The notes beneath the pieces are model-generated. The model did not search any database and was not told the origin of the DNA. It worked only from the letters and a program-made list of their open reading frames with translations. The position numbers were made by a program, and so were the translations under genes. From assembly GCA_025340205.1 (NCBI GenBank), contig CP006868.1, forward strand, positions 840,001-872,000: a stretch of 32,000 bases of DNA, written 5' to 3'. This DNA is from Ignicoccus pacificus DSM 13166. GTDB taxonomy: Archaea; Thermoproteota; Thermoprotei_A; Sulfolobales; Ignicoccaceae. Every line of letters starts with the position of its first letter. Position 1 is the stretch's first letter. Positions 16,781 to 24,474 of this stretch are shown here, one piece after another.

Positions 16781-17095
16781 ATGGCAGATTGGAGGGCTCT
16801 AGCGGTCGCAGAGGCGCTATACTTCTACGCATTAGCACCAGTGATCTTCGAAGTATTGAAAGATAAGCTGAAGAAACCCAAGCTCTTCAGTTTTGTATAT
16901 GCAACTGGAGCCCTCCTACCAGTTTACGTTTATACGTATTCAAACGTACAATGGTTGTTACCAGTGGTCTTCGCTCACTTCATGGTTGCCATGATGGCTA
17001 AGGAAGATGGATATGAGGCGTTGATGTCTCCATATCCTTACTTGTTAGGTTCGACTCTAATGATAATAATGTACTTGAAGAGTGTGGTAGGATGA
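16781..17095 (+). CDS. Small membrane protein (3 TM), first gene of the RCK/MscS-like operon
   Basis: The 104-aa product is hydrophobic throughout, and its stop overlaps the trkA-like ATG (ATGA at 17092-17095). Confidence 0.5.
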   Translation: MADWRALAVAEALYFYALAPVIFEVLKDKLKKPKLFSFVYATGALLPVYVYTYSNVQWLLPVVFAHFMVAMMAKEDGYEALMSPYPYLLGSTLMIIMYLKSVVG

Positions 17096-17754
17096 AGATA
17101 CTTATCGTAGGAATAGGTGAGTTAGGGCGACATATCGCTATAGACCTAAGCTCTAAGGGACATGACATCGTAGCAATAGATAAAGATAGTAAAAAATGCA
17201 ACATCTTAAGTACAGAGTCCGATGTCATGGTGTTAAACAGAGATGCCACAGACCCAAGTCTCTATGACGAGTTGGAATTAGAGAGTTTCGATGTAGTGAT
17301 AGCGACGACAGATAGGGACGAAGTTAACTTGTTCGTAGCAGCTGTGGCAAGGGAATATGGAATAAACAGGGTAATAGTTGTAACTAGGTCCGAGAAAGCC
17401 GCTAAGTTGATCAACACGTTAGGACTTTCGGAACTCACGCTTCCCTCTCCGGTTATCTCGGCGAAAATAGTAGAAAGCTATATTGAGGGTAGATACAGTT
17501 TAGTACCAATAGTTCAATCGATCGCTGGAGAGTACAACATATATGTTATTGCTATATCTTCCGGCGACAAAGCCGTCGGAGCGAAGTTGGGAGAACTAAA
17601 GAAGGAACTACCAGAGGATGTAATGATACTAGCCGTGTTTAATGGTGAGGAATTTCTTGAGCCTGATGATGATATAGTTATTGAACAGGGATATTTGTTG
17701 ATAATGCTTATACCCGCTGGGAAGGAGAACATCGTAGAAAATGTCTTGAGGTGA
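17092..17754 (+). CDS. trkA: RCK-domain protein (TrkA-N NAD-binding plus TrkA-C)
   Basis: MKILIVGIGELGRHIAIDLSSKGHDIVAIDKD Rossmann motif, with a C-terminal TrkA-C-like segment (...VGAKLGEL...DVMILAVFNGEEFLEPDDDIVIEQGYLLIM). Confidence 0.85.
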   Translation: MKILIVGIGELGRHIAIDLSSKGHDIVAIDKDSKKCNILSTESDVMVLNRDATDPSLYDELELESFDVVIATTDRDEVNLFVAAVAREYGINRVIVVTRSEKAAKLINTLGLSELTLPSPVISAKIVESYIEGRYSLVPIVQSIAGEYNIYVIAISSGDKAVGAKLGELKKELPEDVMILAVFNGEEFLEPDDDIVIEQGYLLIMLIPAGKENIVENVLR

Positions 17755-17759
17755 GGTCT

Positions 17760-18530
17760 ATGATTAACGAAAACGTAGTGATAGCGGTAGCATATGCAAC
17801 ATTCTTAACGTTGTTCTATATAATAATAAAGAACAGGTATATAGAAACGATGGTAAAGAAGCAGATCATAACAACGGCGGGTGGCAAGGAGCTGAAAATG
17901 GTTATGGAGACAGCATATATAGTATTGTTGGTCATTGGAGTTTTCATTGCCCTAGTTGATATAAGGGCTTTGATATACTTGATCTTAACTGCGTTGGCAG
18001 TAATAGCAATAACATCTCATGATGTGATAAAGTCCATATTCTTATATTACATGATAGTTCTAACGAAAATGATTACACAAGGAGATTTCGTAATAATGGC
18101 AAGAGGTATCAGAGGGTGGGTGAAGAAGCTAACGCCATTCTACGTAGAACTTCATGGTGAGCATGGTGAGATAATCAGAATACCCAATATTTTAGCGGCT
18201 TCTGAGCCCGTTAGGGTACCTAGCAAGGCATTACCCTTTACTCTATTAATAAGGATTCATGGACAAGCTGAAATAAATGAAAAGGAACTCAGAGAGAAAT
18301 TAGATGAGGTCATAGCGTTTACAAAGAGGTTCTGCGTCACCTCACCTCATGTGAAGATCAGGTCTGTTGGTACAAACTTCGTGGAATATGAAGTAATTTA
18401 CGGACTTAGCAATTATGAAGCTTCAAACAGGATAATAGAGATCTTGTATAGCAAGTTAAAGGACGTTGTTAAGGAGATAAACGGGCAAATTGAGATTAGG
18501 CGCGAACACACAATAATGAGCAAGCTCTAA
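17760..18530 (+). CDS. MscS-like small-conductance mechanosensitive channel family protein
   Basis: Three N-terminal TM helices are followed by ITQGDFVIMARGIRGWVKKLTPFYVELHGEHGEIIRIPNILAASEPVRV, which matches the MS_channel beta-domain pattern (GD.I...G..G.V..I....T.L....G....IPN). ATG 17760 is preceded by GAGGTGAGG. GTG 17751 overlaps the trkA-like stop. Confidence 0.6.
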   Translation: MINENVVIAVAYATFLTLFYIIIKNRYIETMVKKQIITTAGGKELKMVMETAYIVLLVIGVFIALVDIRALIYLILTALAVIAITSHDVIKSIFLYYMIVLTKMITQGDFVIMARGIRGWVKKLTPFYVELHGEHGEIIRIPNILAASEPVRVPSKALPFTLLIRIHGQAEINEKELREKLDEVIAFTKRFCVTSPHVKIRSVGTNFVEYEVIYGLSNYEASNRIIEILYSKLKDVVKEINGQIEIRREHTIMSKL

Positions 18531-18558
18531 ACTATTATTTCTACCAGACCATTGAAAT

Positions 18559-18879
18559 ATGGGAAGAAGGTTGAGCATGCCCCATACTTATACTTTCGAG
18601 CCCTTCATGATAACAATTAACGAGGGAAAGGTGGAGATAAAGAATATCTCAGAAGAACCAGTTACGATAATTGAGGCCACAGCCTACTATTTCTACAAGG
18701 CGGTTACTCCAGACCATAAGATAATTCGGATGAAGGGCTCTGAGAAGATAGCCGATCATAAGGAGCTAAAACCGGGAGAGGGAATAGAAGCGAATCTCGA
18801 GGTACCAGTAATAGGAGTTAGCATTGTGGCATACTACAAAGGTGAAATAATTAGACGTGAGATAGAACTTGAGGTTTAA
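18559..18879 (+). CDS. Hypothetical small beta-rich protein
   Basis: The ORF has coding-like composition and no recognisable motif. An alternative ATG lies at 18577. Confidence 0.45.
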   Translation: MGRRLSMPHTYTFEPFMITINEGKVEIKNISEEPVTIIEATAYYFYKAVTPDHKIIRMKGSEKIADHKELKPGEGIEANLEVPVIGVSIVAYYKGEIIRREIELEV

Positions 18880-18937
18880 ACAATAAATCACGTTATTAAG
18901 TCAATTGTAAGTAACGGTATTTGAGGGAGCGAGGGGA

Positions 18938-20140
18938 GTGAGCTGTAACGGTTTCGTCGCGCATAGTGAGCCGGAAGTCGAGGGCGTCACCTTTTACATT
19001 TACATAACTTGTAAGGGTAATACCAAGTACGAATATGTCCTTCCTCGCATGGTTAGCGATGTCTTAAGTGATGAAAGACAATATGATATGATAATTTTGA
19101 GGAGATCGAGGAACTTAAAGAAAATTAGATTGAACGTTGAGAGGTCGGTCATAGAGATTCAAACTGATAGTAAGGATCCCCTCGCGATGATCCTCTCCTT
19201 ATGGGTCTATACCGGTAAGATGCTCTATCCTCTTCTTTTCGATGTCGACATAGTGAAAGGTTTGACTAGGTCTTTTGAATTAGTAGATCTAAAGGGCGAA
19301 ACACTTAGGGAAAGGTCTGGGATAGTGCTTACAAGCAAGAAGAACCTAGTAGACGTTCGTGATATGCGAAATTATAGCATTGTTTTGAAGTCGGTAAAAG
19401 CCAGCTGTTCAGACGTTTCTATCTACCCTAGCAGATCGCTCGTTTTAGGTCATAGAAATAAGGTCTACTTCATGCAATTGGGAAGTAGCCGCGAGCGCGT
19501 CGTCGAGTTCAATGAGAACGTAAGAAGGTGCGCAATATTCCCCTATGCTAGACTAATCGCAGCTGCCACCAGAGGAGAGGTTTCGCTTCACTACTACAAG
19601 GGAGGAGAGTGGAAGGTTCGTGGACGCTTCCCTGTAGTGATGCCCAAGTCTCTTGAGTGGTGTCTCTTCGCAGGTAAGATATCATTGGGTGTCGACTTGG
19701 TGGGGAAGTATAGTATAATAACGATTGATGGTGATTATACCAGCATAGAACTCGGAAAACCACTCATGGCCAAAATATCACCATTTGGAGATAAACTGGC
19801 AGTTGCTTACCCGAAGAAATTAGTGATACTGGATGTGGAGAAAGCCGAGCCAATAATAGAAGTTCAAGTTGATGAAGTTCAAACGATGAGTTGGAGTCCT
19901 TACGGCGACTACCTCGCCTTCTGTACTCGAAACTCGTGTAGCATATACTCTGATTTAACTGAAAGTATCGTCATCGGGAAACCCATAAGAGGTGTGAGGT
20001 GGAGTTGGTGGAGCCCTCACACCTTGTCATTATATCTACAAACAGAAAATGGAACGAAGCTCATCTACTTCGATCCTCAAATGGTGAGCAGCAAGAAAGT
20101 AGCAGTTCGTCTCCCCACTTACTTAAGAACAAAGGCATAG
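18938..20140 (+). CDS. Hypothetical protein, C-terminal half beta-propeller/WD40-like
   Basis: GTG start preceded by GAGGGAGCGAGGGGA. WD-like strands include VQTMSWSPYGDYLAFCTRNSCSIYS and ISPFGDKLAVAYPKKLVILD. The 3' end overlaps the convergent sirC-like ORF by 80 nt. Confidence 0.55.
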   Translation: MSCNGFVAHSEPEVEGVTFYIYITCKGNTKYEYVLPRMVSDVLSDERQYDMIILRRSRNLKKIRLNVERSVIEIQTDSKDPLAMILSLWVYTGKMLYPLLFDVDIVKGLTRSFELVDLKGETLRERSGIVLTSKKNLVDVRDMRNYSIVLKSVKASCSDVSIYPSRSLVLGHRNKVYFMQLGSSRERVVEFNENVRRCAIFPYARLIAAATRGEVSLHYYKGGEWKVRGRFPVVMPKSLEWCLFAGKISLGVDLVGKYSIITIDGDYTSIELGKPLMAKISPFGDKLAVAYPKKLVILDVEKAEPIIEVQVDEVQTMSWSPYGDYLAFCTRNSCSIYSDLTESIVIGKPIRGVRWSWWSPHTLSLYLQTENGTKLIYFDPQMVSSKKVAVRLPTYLRTKA

Positions 20141-20816
20141 CCTTGCTCGGTTCATAGCCTCTTATACCGGCTTCTTTGGTAGCTATCTCGATTGCCTTAT
20201 ATAAAGCATCTTCGATTCTCCCTTCTTTGATAAACCTAATTACATCATCGTTAAGCATCACGTACCAGTAGAGATGATATCTGTCCTTGGCATCTTTTAT
20301 TCTATTCTTTAGCTCCTTCTTGAAAAGCTTAGCAAAGCGATTTATGTTCTTCCAGAACGTGTTTCTTTTGAGACATTCTTCTATAAGATATTGAGCTATG
20401 TGTGCTGAGACTCCGGAAGCCCCCTCGCTACTTATAGCTATCCTTATTCCCTCCACTTCGCTTTCAAATGGTACGTGAACATCACTTCTGTTGGCATTAG
20501 TGGCGTCGTTAACCAGTATACCCATCTTCTTTGCAACCGAGAATATCTTATCGTTAATTTCGGGAACAGAGGTAGCGATGACCACAAGGAAAGCTCCGTT
20601 GATTAATTCCTCAATGGTCTTTTCATCCCTTAAATCAGCTTTAACCAATTCAACACCATCTAGTGACTTTAGCTCTTCACTGAAGTCCTTGGCTACTACG
20701 GTAACCTTAGCGCCGGCCTCTTTGAACTTCTTCGCTCTTCTTGTTCCTACGTGTCCTCCTCCGAACACTACTACCTTACGACCTTCTAGTGAGAGGAACA
20801 ATGGGACGCGCTTCAA
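20061..20816 (-). CDS. Precorrin-2 dehydrogenase / sirohydrochlorin ferrochelatase (siroheme synthase N-terminal domain type, SirC/CysG-N)
   Basis: TTG start. It has the motif GRKVVVFGGGHVGTRRAKKFKEAGAKVTVVA, and VVIATS...IND...A follows it. Both are typical of NAD-binding SirC/Met8-like proteins. Confidence 0.7.
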   Translation of the reverse strand: MKRVPLFLSLEGRKVVVFGGGHVGTRRAKKFKEAGAKVTVVAKDFSEELKSLDGVELVKADLRDEKTIEELINGAFLVVIATSVPEINDKIFSVAKKMGILVNDATNANRSDVHVPFESEVEGIRIAISSEGASGVSAHIAQYLIEECLKRNTFWKNINRFAKLFKKELKNRIKDAKDRYHLYWYVMLNDDVIRFIKEGRIEDALYKAIEIATKEAGIRGYEPSKAMPLFLSKWGDELLLSCCSPFEDRSR

Positions 20817-20933
20817 CTAGAGATGACACCCAAAGAGACGATCAAGAGGGAGTGTGAAAACCGGCGCGCAAGCCCGACCCATTCACCGCCTTCGGCGGCG
20901 TAGTCGAGCCGAGGAGGTGTCGGTGAATGATAT

Positions 20934-20941
20934 CTTTAAAT
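20934..20941. promoter_or_regulatory. Palindromic TATA element (CTTTAAAT / ATTTAAAG), candidate bidirectional promoter
   Basis: This is the only AT-rich element in a GC-rich 300-nt spacer. The predicted TSS about 26 nt to the right falls at the 5' end of the C/D sRNA (20964-20968). About 26 nt to the left it falls at 20910, the first base of a strong hairpin. Confidence 0.45.
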
Positions 20942-20967
20942 CCTAATGAGTCTTACCTCCCGTGTAC

Positions 20968-21024
20968 GGGAATGAGGACGTGGGCAGCCCCTGAAGAGTG
21001 ATGAGCCTAGTCTCACTCTGACCC
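20968..21024 (+). ncRNA. Box C/D guide sRNA (2'-O-methylation guide)
   Basis: GGG-A-[AUGAGGA = C box]-CGUGGGCAGCCC (12 nt)-[CUGA = D']-AGA-[GUGAUGA = C']-GCCUAGUCUCACU (13 nt)-[CUGA = D]-CCC. The terminal GGG/CCC stem, box order, guide lengths and 57-nt size match canonical archaeal C/D sRNAs. Confidence 0.6.
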
Positions 21025-21116
21025 TTCCATGGGAATACACAGAGAGAAGCGAGCTCTTGTAGAGTCACAGCGGGGCAACGCGGAATAGAGAGGGTATGTG
21101 GTGATAAGGAAAAAGG

Positions 21117-21863
21117 TTACTTGAGTCCCATACGGGCCTTCGCTTGTCTGCATCCCCTTCCGGTACACCTGGCGGCGATGTGACCGACCTTCTGTCCGGG
21201 TGGAGACTCCCTCGCACGGGTAGTCGGGAAGCTGGGGCTCTGATGACTTCCTCCTCCGTGGGGGTGATTGACCACGTTCATGGCGACGCCTCTTACTATA
21301 GGCCACTTCTTGGCCTTAGCCCTCCACTTGTAGTAGGAGTTACCAGCCTTTAGTAAGGGTTTCTCATCTCTACCGGCGCCCGCTACTATGCCTATAGTAG
21401 CCCTACACCTACCATCCACTTGCTTTACCTTACCACTGGGAAGCTGAATTATTACGTTTCTACCGCTCTTACCAACTACTATAGCGTAGGTCCCTCCAGC
21501 TCTGACCAGCTTGCCTCCATCGCCGGGCCTGAGCTCTATGTTAAACACTTGGGTACCCTCTGGGATGGCATTTAGCGGTAAGATGTTTCCGTTAGCGGGA
21601 GCGGCATTAGGACCTATCTGGAGCTTCTGACCCACGTACATACCCTCGCCAGCAGGAATCCAGAAGTCAGCGACGTTGGGAATTACCACGTGGGCGAGAG
21701 GCACCCATCTACCGGGGTCGTGCTTCATCTCTATTATGTAGCCCTCGTAAGTCTCACTAAGCTTGATGTTTGGATACTTTGCTGGAGCAACTCTCAGATG
21801 CGCCCTGTTCCTCCATTGAGGAGTTCCTCTACCATGGCGCTGCTGACGAAGCCTCTTTCCCAT
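21117..21863 (-). CDS. rpl2: 50S ribosomal protein L2 (uL2)
   Basis: GKRLRQQRHGRG...; GGGSHQSPSFPTT...; MNVVNHPHGGG is the hallmark uL2 motif. A T-rich stretch (TTTTTCC on the - strand) follows the stop. Confidence 0.95.
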   Translation of the reverse strand: MGKRLRQQRHGRGTPQWRNRAHLRVAPAKYPNIKLSETYEGYIIEMKHDPGRWVPLAHVVIPNVADFWIPAGEGMYVGQKLQIGPNAAPANGNILPLNAIPEGTQVFNIELRPGDGGKLVRAGGTYAIVVGKSGRNVIIQLPSGKVKQVDGRCRATIGIVAGAGRDEKPLLKAGNSYYKWRAKAKKWPIVRGVAMNVVNHPHGGGSHQSPSFPTTRARESPPGQKVGHIAARCTGRGCRQAKARMGLK

Positions 21864-21892
21864 ACTTGCGTCCCCCGCACAGCCACTTGGGA

Positions 21893-21900
21893 GGAATATT
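21893..21900 (-). promoter_or_regulatory. TATA-like box (TTAATATT) for rpl2
   Basis: Centred about 33 nt upstream of the rpl2 ATG (21863), in the 45-nt spacer after the pantoate kinase gene. Confidence 0.4.
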
Positions 21901-21908
21901 AAGCCTCT

Positions 21909-22706
21909 TCAAAGACCTCCGATGCCATTTTCCGATATAGTGAATATCTGGGGGTCTAACCCCTCTTTCCTTAATTTATCGAGTACAGCTCGTATGTGAA
22001 TGTTCTTTACTACAGTCAAATAGACGGATTTCTTAGCGTATGTCCCGAGAACACCTTTAAGCGATTCTATAAAAGAGAATTCTTCAGGATACATCCCTAA
22101 CGTTTTCGAAAACGCGTTCGCTACGTTGAGGAAAGTCTCCAGAGACGGATTCGTGAGGAGTCTTCGCCAAAGTGGTGGAAAGGGGAAGTAGGACTTTATG
22201 GAACTAAGCATGGAAGGTGTATCCTTCCAAGAGCCTTTGAACTCTAAGGCGATAACCGATACTTTCTTGAACTTATCACTTTCTATAATTGAATATACTT
22301 TCCCCCATCCGGGACCTCCACCTTTAACTCTGAGGGCTATGCCCTTCCCATAGGCTATCGCCATAACATCCCCTAGCCCAGTTTTCAATACAACTTCGGC
22401 GTTGTGAGCTTTTGCGATGGCCGAGTGGTAGTTAGAATACTTAGATAGTGCAGAGGCTAAAGATATCGCCGCGGAAGTAGCAAAGCCCTTTCCTATACCA
22501 ACCGGCAACCTACACTCGACATACGAGCCTATGATCCTTTGATGTGGTAAGGGTGGCCAAGGTCTAGAGGAAGGGCAACATATTACGCCAGGTTTTAGCA
22601 ACAAGCCAGCGCCAAGAGAGCCAGTCGAGAGGGGGGAGCGGGTTAGGATGGGCTTCCATATACCGCTAACGTGAAGAGGTATCTCAAAGCAGCCCTTTCG
22701 CTTCAT
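21909..22706 (-). CDS. GHMP-family kinase, probable archaeal pantoate kinase (PoK, COG1829)
   Basis: It has PLHVSGIW...TGSLGAGLLL and the GHMP motif II-like LPVGIGKGFATSAAISLA. It sits directly downstream of coaBC. The ATG at 22706 (MKRKGCFEIPLH) is preferred over 22766, which overlaps coaBC by 83 nt. Confidence 0.55.
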   Translation of the reverse strand: MKRKGCFEIPLHVSGIWKPILTRSPLSTGSLGAGLLLKPGVICCPSSRPWPPLPHQRIIGSYVECRLPVGIGKGFATSAAISLASALSKYSNYHSAIAKAHNAEVVLKTGLGDVMAIAYGKGIALRVKGGGPGWGKVYSIIESDKFKKVSVIALEFKGSWKDTPSMLSSIKSYFPFPPLWRRLLTNPSLETFLNVANAFSKTLGMYPEEFSFIESLKGVLGTYAKKSVYLTVVKNIHIRAVLDKLRKEGLDPQIFTISENGIGGL

Positions 22707-23883
22707 CGACAACACTCCTCGCCACCAGAAGCTTGGGCATTTTAGGAACATGTCTAACCTTTCCATCCTTGGTTATTATGAATACTTCATTCATATCTGA
22801 TGTAAAACCTATATCCTTTCTATCAACTCTATTAGCAACTATCATATCAAAATTATACGATTGAAGCTTCTGTAAAGCGGTATCTATTACGTCCTCGCCC
22901 ACCACTGCGGTGAATCCTACCTTTCTCTTAGCATTTACGTTTAACGCTACCTTTGGAGTAGGTACGAGCTCTAGTGTTACTTCGTTTTTAGAATCCAACT
23001 TTCCATCGAAGAAGTTCTTTGGCCTATAATCCGCTGGTGCTGCCGCGAAGAACGCCATATCGAACTCACCTAACTCCTTTACAACTTCGGCCATTTCCTC
23101 AGTAGTCTCGACAGCTATTTTCTTCACCCATGGCGGATACTTCGCTATTGAAGGACCGTGAACGACTACGACGTCCGCACCTCTGGCGAACAACTCCCAA
23201 GCTAAGGCGGCCCCCATCTTACCGCTACTTGGATTTGATATGAATCGTATGCGGTCTATATATTCCCTAGTAGGTCCGGATGTTACGAGAACTTTCTTGC
23301 CCTTGAAATCCTCGTCTCTCAGGGTCAAGGTCTCAGCGACGTTAGCTATGAACTCCACATCAGGTATCTTCAATCTACCATCTTCTTCCACAGGTTCTAG
23401 AACCCTCACTCCCATTTCCCTTAATCTAGAAATGGTCTCCCTATACTGAGGAGTCAAGGTCATTTGCTTGTGCATTACTGGCGTGACGATAACCTTTTTC
23501 TGATACCCTAGGAAGTTGATTGCAGTTAGTGGGATGTTTTCATCGGCTATACCCCACGCTAGTTTAGTTGACACGTTGAGTGTGGCCGGGGATATCAACA
23601 TCAAGTCACATTCCTTAGCTAGACTTACGTGTTCCGTTTCACCAGTTAGATCGACTATGGGCTTGTTCCCAGTGGCCCAATGGAAGAGTTCGGGAGAAAC
23701 TATTTCTGATGCCTTCTTGGTCATCATTACCTTTACTTTGGCACCTCTCTTTATCAGTTCTCGCGCTAGGTCTACCGATTTGTAAAGCGAGACGCTGTAA
23801 CTAACGCCCAGTAGTATGCACTTGCCCATTAGAGACCTCCACTTGCTACCGACAATCTCTTCAACTGGGTGCACGGCTTTCAC
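22684..23883 (-). CDS. coaBC: Bifunctional phosphopantothenoylcysteine decarboxylase / synthetase (CoaBC, Dfp)
   Basis: N-terminal flavoprotein domain (ILLGVSYSVSLYKSVDLAREL...PATLNVSTKLAWGIADE). The C-terminal CoaB domain has VTSGPTREYIDRIRFISNPSSGKMG and AAAPADYRP. The start may be the internal ATG at 23829. Confidence 0.9.
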   Translation of the reverse strand: MKAVHPVEEIVGSKWRSLMGKCILLGVSYSVSLYKSVDLARELIKRGAKVKVMMTKKASEIVSPELFHWATGNKPIVDLTGETEHVSLAKECDLMLISPATLNVSTKLAWGIADENIPLTAINFLGYQKKVIVTPVMHKQMTLTPQYRETISRLREMGVRVLEPVEEDGRLKIPDVEFIANVAETLTLRDEDFKGKKVLVTSGPTREYIDRIRFISNPSSGKMGAALAWELFARGADVVVVHGPSIAKYPPWVKKIAVETTEEMAEVVKELGEFDMAFFAAAPADYRPKNFFDGKLDSKNEVTLELVPTPKVALNVNAKRKVGFTAVVGEDVIDTALQKLQSYNFDMIVANRVDRKDIGFTSDMNEVFIITKDGKVRHVPKMPKLLVARSVVDEAKGLL

Positions 23884-23903
23884 TACTGAAGGGTGCTACA
23901 ACG

Positions 23904-24440
23904 TTGGAAGAAAATACCTTTGCCCATGTAACAATACGTTACGCTACTGAGAGAGACTTGCCCCAAGTAGTTCTCATTAATCGAAAGGAACTACCAGAGA
24001 ATTATCCTTACAGCTTCTTCGAGTACATATTATTCACCAATCCCAAGTTCTTCTACGTTGCTGAGATTAACGGTAAGATAGTCGGCTATCTAATGGCGCA
24101 AAAGGAGGGACGTGGAAGAATACTTCTCAATCCAATTCCCGAGATAACAAAGGAAGAACCTACGATACACTTGCTCTCGATAGCCGTGCTAAAGAAGTAT
24201 CAAGGTAAAGGGATAGGAAGCCAGCTGGTCAAGAAGTTAATTGAGGAGGCATTGAAAGAAGGGATACGTTACATTTACTTAGAAGTAAGGGTGAGTAATG
24301 AAAGGGCCCAAAAGCTTTATGAAAAACATGGATTCAAGAAGGTGAAGAGGTTAGCTCATTACTACATGGACGGGGAAGACGCTTATGTTATGTTAATAGA
24401 CCTTGATGAGCTGAGAGGGGTTTCGAACAAAGCACTATAA
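23904..24440 (+). CDS. rimI: N-terminal protein acetyltransferase (GNAT), Ard1/RimI type
   Basis: The motifs LPENYPYSFFEY, HLLSIAVLKKYQGKGIGSQL, YLEVRVSNERAQKLYEKHGFKKVKRLAHYYMDGEDAYVM closely resemble the Sulfolobus Ard1 sequence as I recall it. TTG start. Confidence 0.85.
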   Translation: MEENTFAHVTIRYATERDLPQVVLINRKELPENYPYSFFEYILFTNPKFFYVAEINGKIVGYLMAQKEGRGRILLNPIPEITKEEPTIHLLSIAVLKKYQGKGIGSQLVKKLIEEALKEGIRYIYLEVRVSNERAQKLYEKHGFKKVKRLAHYYMDGEDAYVMLIDLDELRGVSNKAL

Positions 24441-24445
24441 GGAAG

Positions 24446-24467
24446 CATCCTCCGTGCTAGGAGGGTG
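24446..24467 (+). promoter_or_regulatory. Hairpin CAUCCUCC-GUGCUA-GGAGGGUG whose 3' arm is the SD-like sequence of the aconitase-family gene
   Basis: The 8-bp stem (one G-U) was read directly from the sequence. It starts 6 nt after the rimI stop, and GGAGG lies 7 nt upstream of the in-frame TTG at 24475. Confidence 0.4.
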
Positions 24468-24474
24468 CGCGAGC

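Noticed and set aside
20927-21001. 24-codon sORF (MISLNPNESYLPCTGMRTWAAPEE) preceded by a near-perfect SD (GAGGAGGTG, 7-nt spacing)
   Set aside because: It spans the TATA element and half of the C/D sRNA. The 'SD' is also one arm region of the leftward hairpin RNA. There is no independent support, and coincidence is likely in a GC-rich structured region.
20817-21116. The 300-nt GC-rich ORF-free region considered as RNase P RNA or SRP (7S) RNA
   Set aside because: Neither strand has the P4/CR-I GAGGAAAGUCC with a complementary CR-V ACAGAA-CCGGCUUA-type strand. Neither has the SRP helix-8 GGAAG(G/C)AGCA or Alu-domain motifs. The central part is explained better by a C/D sRNA and a TATA element.
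21025-21116. A second sRNA (C/D or H/ACA) between the C/D sRNA and the rpl2 stop
   Set aside because: Only degenerate box-like strings (GUGAUAA) are present, without a matching D box. No hairpin-ACA geometry exists on either strand. The direct repeat GGAATA-(0-3 nt)-AGAGAG (21032-21046 and 21083-21094) is noted but too short to interpret. The region is most simply the rpl2 3' UTR/terminator.
21013-21353. ORF-track entries 21013-21306 (-) and 21144-21353 (+), Arg/Pro-rich 'proteins'
   Set aside because: These are alternative-frame and antisense shadows of rpl2 and of the GC-rich spacer, with low-complexity composition and no start context.
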